Below, in pieces: positions 57,420 to 64,000 of a DNA stretch of 64,000 nucleotides. Below the pieces are notes generated by a model. The model worked only from the letters and a program-made list of their open reading frames with translations. It was not told the DNA's origin and did not search any database. Each line of letters begins with the position of its first letter. The stretch's first letter is position 1. A program made the translations under genes and the position numbers. Origin of the DNA: Eledone cirrhosa (lineage: Eukaryota); contig OZ024741.1 of NCBI GenBank assembly GCA_964016885.1, positions 59,644,001 through 59,708,000 of the forward strand. The letters are read 5' to 3'.

Positions 57420-57759
57420 AACCAATAAAGGTAAGGAAGGAGTAACCAATCGTCCTTGCCGTTTTATATCACTATATGTATATATATATATATATATGTA
57501 AGTATATATATACACGTAGTAACTCAACAGTTAGTTTTCACCTTGCGGATCTTCACCTTGGGCCTTCATATTCTTAGCGCAGAAATACCCTAGTTTTACT
57601 CTGCGTCTGTTAAAGATTGACCGGTATTTATGAACTATGGGAAAGTGTCTGTCTAAGAGGACGAAACAAATTTTTCTACATTAGTTTTAAAGTTGAGTGA
57701 GAAGAGGAGAGAGAACCAGATAGGCCTACATCACCAACAGCCCTAAGAGCAGTACCCCA

Positions 57760-58146
57760 CCAGGATGCTTTTGCCGAAAGCCCGAAGCTTTTCCCCTTCA
57801 ACAACAATGCAACACACCCGATGTAGTTTATGAAGCTGTGGTCACTTCCAACCGATCAAATCAAAAACAGGGTTAAATGCTTTGTAGGTATGGCGGAGTG
57901 CCGGTTTAAGAAACGATTCCTGAACCATCAGTGGACCTTTAGCTACTCAGACAAACGATCGTCCACGAAACTCGCGAGCCACGTATGGTCCCTCAAACTC
58001 TCACGTGTAGACTACTCCATCCAATGGAAAGCTATAACTAAGTCCAAGCAATACGCAAGGGGTAATCCGTCTTATGGACTGTGAATTGAAGAAAGGATCA
58101 ATAATCTGAGGAGATTACGCAATAGCGATTGCCTAAACTTAAGAAA

Positions 58147-58148
<2 letters not shown>
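57760..58148 (+). mobile_element. PLE GIY-YIG fragment
   Basis: CFCRK..VVYEAVV..FVGMAECRFKKRFLNH..STKLASHVWSLK..IQWK. Confidence 0.75.
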
Positions 58149-58202
<54 letters not shown>

Positions 58203-58204
<2 letters not shown>

Positions 58205-61200
58205 AGGAGGTTATAGTTAACTTGAAGCATTGTGTAATGAGGTATAAACGTTTGTATATGTATAATAAAGCTAAAACAATGCAGGTATGGACATAGAATA
58301 TAGAAAGCAAATGCAAAAGATATTGTTGACAATTAGTCTTTTACCTTAGATTTATTTAAATGTCCTAAATTTTCGAGATAATATTTCTTCTTCAGAAGGA
58401 ATAAAGTTGTCAAACCAGTGTTCTAAAAAGCTTGCCAAGTCATGCTGACAGGAAATGGTATAGAGTATATGTTCTATCTCTAATTTCAAAGAGTTAGGAT
58501 TAGTTGGATAAAGAGTAGTCTCCCTTTAAGAGGGGTTTGTTTATGTTTTTTTTGTTTTTTTGGTTTATTTGTACATGCCTGTTTAATTGTGTGGGAGAAT
58601 GCATGAAGGTGTAAGTATGTGAGTGTGTGTGAGTGTGAGAAGATATGTCTATACGTAAATGTGGGGGATAGATGTTATCTCGTGTTAGAACAGGTTTAGT
58701 GTGTGTATGTGTGAGAGAGAATAAGTGGAGGTGTAAGCGTGTGTGTGTGTGTGTGCGTGTGGGGTGTGTGTAAATATGGGGCTAGGAGCTCTATCAAGTT
58801 ATAAATTGGGTGTTGAGTTCTAGTCTATTATTAATTGGTGGTTGTGTTTTGTCTATAATTAGTGCTTCCTTAATTCTAAGATTGCCGAGGTTTCTTTCCT
58901 TAGTTTCTATCCTAACTGTTATGGTTTTGTCGGTGTTTTTGCATTTAACTAGGTGTTTCTTAAATGAGGAAGCGTTAGTATTGAGGTGTTCTTTTATTCT
59001 TATGTGAAGTGGTCTGGTGGTGCTACCTACGTAGAAGTTGTTGCATTTGTCACACTCTAGTCTGTATACGACGTAAGCCTGGTGGCATAGGTCTGTGTCG
59101 TTCATGGGGCAGTTGGCTAGTCTGCAGCAGTTGTCATGTCCGGTGGAGTGTCTTTTGGTTAGCTGACCGCGTAGTGAAGGACCTGAGTGGGCCAGTTGGA
59201 TATCTAGTCCTTCTCGTCCGATAGCTCTGCGGATGGCTGTTGTTTTTTCTTCACTGAAGTGTGGGAGCTTCAGGAAGCAAGTGTTAGTGCCTCGGGTGTG
59301 GTGTCCTCTGTTCTTTCTGGCACGGTTTGTGGTGGATGTCGTGTATCCGTTCAGTTTGAGTACTTCCAGGAAATGTGTGGTGTGTGTGTCTCGGTCTCTA
59401 GTGTCGGTGCATTTGTTCCGGATACGTGCCAGTTCGTTCCTTATGTATCTGAACTTGGCACCGAGTGGGAGGGCCGATCTGAAATGTACGAACAGGTCCC
59501 TGCTGGCGGCTTTTTTATAGAAGCAGGTGTGGATGTTGCCTTCCTCTGTTACCCTGAGTTTGAAGTCCAGCAGGGATAGGGATCCGCGGTCATCGGGGTG
59601 TTCCATGCTGAACTTTATACTGGCGTCCATGCTGGAGAATGTTGTGTATATTTTATCTGCCTACTCACGGGATGATGTAAGGATGAGTATGTCATCTACA
59701 TATCAGGTGAAGAAGGTATGGGAATGGCTGGTGTTGAGGGCTCGGCATTCTAGCTGGTTCATATAGGTGATGGCCAGCAGGCCCGATAGGCTGGATCCCA
59801 TGGGTAATCCTGTTGTCTGTCTGTATGTGTGGTGGTGGAAGGTGAAGTACGTGTTGTCTACTGTGAAGGACAAAAGCTGGTGTATGTCCGTCGGGTGGAG
59901 GCCGTAGCAGTGGATGTCCTCTGCGACCACGCAGTCCGTCAATAAATCGACAGCTGGATGAGCGGGGACTGTAGTGTAGAGGGAGACAACGTCGAGGCTA
60001 AAGGCTTAACTATTTAGTTTAAGTTGTTCTGGCTGGAGTTGGTGTAGTCTACGTATAACTTCGTCGGAGCTACTGACATGCCCGGGAAAGGTGGAGAGTA
60101 GAGGCTTGAGGACCTGGGAGAGGAGCCAGGAAATTTTGTATAGGGGTCCTTCTATGCTAGAGACGATGGGTCTTATTTGCGTATTAGTGCTATTCTTGTG
60201 GGTCTTGATGAGGTGGTAGAAAGTGGGCAGTCTGCTATTTCTAGTGGTGTAGTTGAGCTTAACTTTATTAGGGAGTTATCTTCTCCTACATATATCGAAC
60301 CAGATCTGGGCTGCGGTCATGTCCGGGATTTCTGTGTATAATTCATTGTCGTTTAGGTGTTCAAAGGCTAGGTTGTTGTATGTGGCTTGAGAGATGACGC
60401 AAAACTCTTTACCTTTGTCGGATGGTAATTATATAAGTTCCCTATTCCGTAGGTTCTTCAGGGCGAGTTGTTGTGTCCTGGAGAGGTTTGGGGCTATCTT
60501 CTTCTGTTTCCGTAAGATGTTAAATACGGAATGTTTTAGCCTCGAGAGGTTTTCTTCAAGCTCGCGGTTGGCAGGCGGTGGACAGAGTGGGCGATCCAGT
60601 TGGTATATCGGGAATCTGGGTTTGATAGATTCCGTGGTGTTGTTGCCGAGAGTCGATATCCATTTTAGTTGGTAGGCAGCCCGACAGAAATTCGTTTCTA
60701 TGTCGAGCCATAATTTGTCGTCCAGTCTCTGTTTCAATATGAACTTGGGGCCCAGGCTGAGGAGGTCTAAATCCTCTCGGGAGAGGGATCCTGTCAAGTC
60801 TGTGACGTGGTGTTTTGCGTCAGGTGTGTTGTTGGTCGGGGCGCCGCTAGGTTCGGTGTTGGTACCGTCTTGTTCGCCTCTGTTGGTGTTTAGAGTTGGG
60901 ATGTTGTTAAGACAGTTGGCCGTTCTGAGTTTGAGAAATGATTGCGTTAGACGTATTTTCTCGTAGTCTCGGCGATGATGGTATGACCTGTCTATAGCGG
61001 CGGAGATGACTCTGGACATAGGTTCTGGGGTTTCAGCGAGTTGTGGTACAAGGCTGGAAATAGTCCGTATGTGCGGTGTAGGTGTTGTATGAGTTTTCAT
61101 AGGCAGAATTTTTGTATGTAACTAAGTGATCGTTTGAGGCCTGGTGATTTGAAGCATGTTGGTAAGGTGGACATTTTTGATAGTTTTGGGGATGATGTTG

Positions 61201-61820
61201 TCATTCAGGCATCGTTTTAGGAAGTTTATTTGGCAGCCGGCTTTGGCGCGCTTTTTAGATAGCTGGAAGAGTTTCTTTACAGTTGTGAACTGGGCCTGGC
61301 TCAGGCATAAGGAAAGGAGGAGGTTTTAGTTCACTTGAAGCATTGTGTAATGAGGTATAAAAAGCTTGCCTCGTCATGCTGACAGGAAATGGTATAGAGT
61401 ATCTGTTCTATCTCTAATTTCAAAGAGTTAGGATTAGGTGGATAAAGAGTAGTCTCCCTTTAAGAGGGGTTTGTTTATGTTTTTTTTTGTTTTTTTTTTG
61501 GGGGGGGGGGGGGGGGTTATTTGTACATGCCTGTTTAAGTGTGTGGGAGAATGCATGAAGGTGTAAGTATGTGAGTGTGTGTGTGTGTGAGTGTGAGAAG
61601 ATATGTCTATACGTAAATGTGGGGGATAGATGTTTTTTAGAACACTGGTTTGACAACTTTATTCCCTCTGAAGAAGAGATATTATCTCGATAATTTAGGA
61701 CATTTAAATAAATCTAAGGTAAAAGACTAATTGTCAACAATATCTTTTGCATTTGCATTCTTTATTCTATGTCCATACCTGCATTGTTTTAGCTTTATTA
61801 TACATACACAAACGTTTATA
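58203..61820 (-). mobile_element. Near full-length PLE (YVDD type, Poseidon-like by inference) with direct and inverted pLTR parts
   Basis: 3' pLTR 58203-58676, direct 5' copy 61316-61634 and inverted segment 61634-61820. TA tracts on both sides. HHR-like motif at 58362-58401 (-) and 61662-61702 (+). Confidence 0.92.
58794..61343 (-). pseudogene. PLE polyprotein (RT plus GIY-YIG), disrupted by stops and frameshifts
   Basis: ATG at 61343. FLKRCLNDNIIPK, LLSLGPKF, PSDKG, FYHLIKTHK, RPIVS, FSLDVVSLYT, GLPMGSSLS, YVDD, SIKFSME, LLDF and VVYRLECDKCNNFYVGSTTRPLHIRIKEH. Confidence 0.92.
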
Positions 61821-62214
61821 TATATATATATATATATATATCAACAATCAGAGCAATATATAAGATTATGGTGATCGGGAGAAGAAATACTGTATATATT
61901 TTATCAAATGATTCTATAAACTTACTTTCTTATATATTGCTTTGATTGTTGATTATTTAATTAATTAATTCGTCATTAAGTGAATGGTTGCCAAAAACAC
62001 ACACATATATATGCATAAACTATACAGAGCCATATATATATATATATATATGTATATGGCTCTGTATGTATATGTAAATCTCTATATTTTATATACTCCC
62101 GTAAGGTTGAGTAAAACTTTAGGCAGTATTCGGCTGCGCTTTCTAGCAACCAGCCTATTCGCCGTCAGGCACCAATCACAAGCTTTCTGATTTGACCACT
62201 GGCCATGTGACAAT

Positions 62215-62445
62215 TCTTAGCCATTTTGAATTCGTTTCTGGCGGGGATCATTATAGAAAAATCTTTGTCCAATTGAGTTTGTTTCCTGATGATTTTGAAA
62301 CTCGTTGATTTATCCATGATTGGATATTTCCAAAAAGAGAATGAACTCTCCGGGGGTAGAAACATAGTTTTGATATGTTTATGTACATTTTTTCTTCTAA
62401 CTTTGATTTTGTACCTAATTGTGTAAGGTTAACTATATATCTAGT
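62215..62445 (-). mobile_element. Possible degenerate PLE pre-RT fragment
   Basis: KLEEKM..IPARNE weakly resembles the RLICPSKSDIG region at 22326. A 70-bp repeat nearby occurs at both 61864 and 62589. Confidence 0.3.
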
Positions 62446-62653
62446 CAATTTCTACGGTCTATTAGAATTACTGGGTAAATCTTCTGTGGCTGTGGATCGC
62501 GGATAAAATAGCTGTCATTTATTTATCTATTGTTTCTTCATAGGTACATTTTAAACTTATAGCCTCGTTTAACTGATTTTATGTGGTTGATTATGCTGAT
62601 CGGGAGAAGAAATACTGTATATATTTTATCAAATGATTCTATGGACTACCTTT

Positions 62654-62724
<71 letters not shown>

Positions 62725-62782
62725 GTGTGCGTGTGTGCATGAGTGTGTGTCTATAGATACACACACACTTATATATATGAAG

Positions 62783-62848
<66 letters not shown>

Positions 62849-63390
62849 AGAGGCAGGGAATAATGGATAGATACATGTATACATAGATATATACATACAT
62901 ACGTGCATACATACGTACATACATGCGTATATTCTCTACGTCTGTATGCATGTGCATAAATAATTAGCTATAAAAAAAAGTATAAGATTTAACGCGTGCA
63001 AAAGGTTGATATATTTGATATATATACAGCTACCATTGTCGCTAAAATCTCATAGAACATCTGTCTGTCATTTCATATGGAGATTTCTATTTGAAAATTA
63101 ATCTCGAAGAAAATTAATTGCTGCAAATAATTGAATAGAGATTCTTGTATTGGCTCTACTCCTATCAGGACATTTACAAATTATTGGAAGCCTTTAATTT
63201 TGGATTAAAATATCACAAAATATCACATCTATTTGGATTACAAGACAAATCTATTTATTCTTAAGGAAGCAAAGCTAAACATGCAAAGCAATACATAAGA
63301 CTTAATGGAAAATTGGAAGAAATATATATATATATATATACACAGGCTGCATTAAACATCGAAAGGAATATATATATATATATATATATA

Positions 63391-63452
63391 TATTTATTAA
63401 AATAACAGATTAAAGTTTAAGCAAATTAGTCTTCAAATTTATTATTATTACT
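63391..63452. mobile_element. 62-bp head-to-head family-B mini-insert
   Basis: 63391-63425 matches 9882-9916. 63426-63452 is the reverse complement of ~9789-9816. TA flanks. Confidence 0.75.
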
Positions 63453-63500
63453 ATATATATATATATATATATATATACAGGCTGAATTAAACTTTGGAAG

Positions 63501-63545
<45 letters not shown>

Positions 63546-63566
63546 CTGAATTAAACTTTGAAAGAA

Positions 63567-63609
<43 letters not shown>

Positions 63610-63668
63610 CAAGGTTTAGCAAATAGAGAAAAAGTTTTAAAATAAATTTTAAAAAGTTTACTGTACCT

Positions 63669-63754
63669 AACCCTTAGCGCGCGGTTTCAAGTCTCAAAAT
63701 AAACGGATAATCCATGCGGAAATCCATTGAGAAGAAGACCTTCGCCAGAGGGTT
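63669..63754 (-). ncRNA. Type I hammerhead remnant (core CTGGCGA) in a solo pLTR fragment (63607-63780)
   Basis: Helix I AACCCT/AGGGTT, helix II AGGTCTT/GAGACTT and GAAA-CCGCGCGC-TA. Confidence 0.7.
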
Positions 63755-63799
63755 CTTCTCACTCTGAGAATATAAATATAAATATATGTGTGTGTGTGT

Positions 63800-63928
<129 letters not shown>

Positions 63929-64000
63929 GGCTGAATTAAACAATTAAAGAAGCCCTCTTAATCAAACAATTTAAACCTATAATCAATAATCAAATGGAAA

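Noticed and set aside
59700-59710. In-frame TGA just before YVDD as possible selenocysteine recoding
   Set aside because: The position is normally Arg, so CGA to TGA CpG decay explains it, and the ORF has other stops and frameshifts.

Overview
AT-rich, microsatellite-dense animal DNA, not prokaryotic. The SINE-like repeats and (TA)n/(CA)n/(GA)n density resemble cephalopod (Octopus-like) DNA; this is an inference from memory, not a search result. I found no intact host protein-coding gene, and most ORFs in the track are microsatellite translations. The window is a transposon graveyard dominated by Penelope-like retroelements (PLEs, RT plus C-terminal GIY-YIG) from several families, including one nearly full-length but disrupted copy at 58203-61820. 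It also holds Tc1/mariner, hAT MITE, Chapaev3-like, Helitron, CR1/L2-like LINE and SINE remnants. The most notable signal is about 20 intact or degenerate type I hammerhead ribozyme (HHR) motifs in PLE pseudo-LTRs (pLTRs). About 14 insertions share one architecture: two pLTR 3' ends joined head-to-head, tails pointing outward, mostly inside (TA)n tracts. They range from a 62-bp mini-insert and a perfect 368-bp palindrome to kilobase elements. One carries a 15-bp target-site duplication. One shows a pLTR segment deleted from its direct copy and present inverted at the terminus, which suggests both target strands were primed on one RNA. All coordinates and folds were read by eye.
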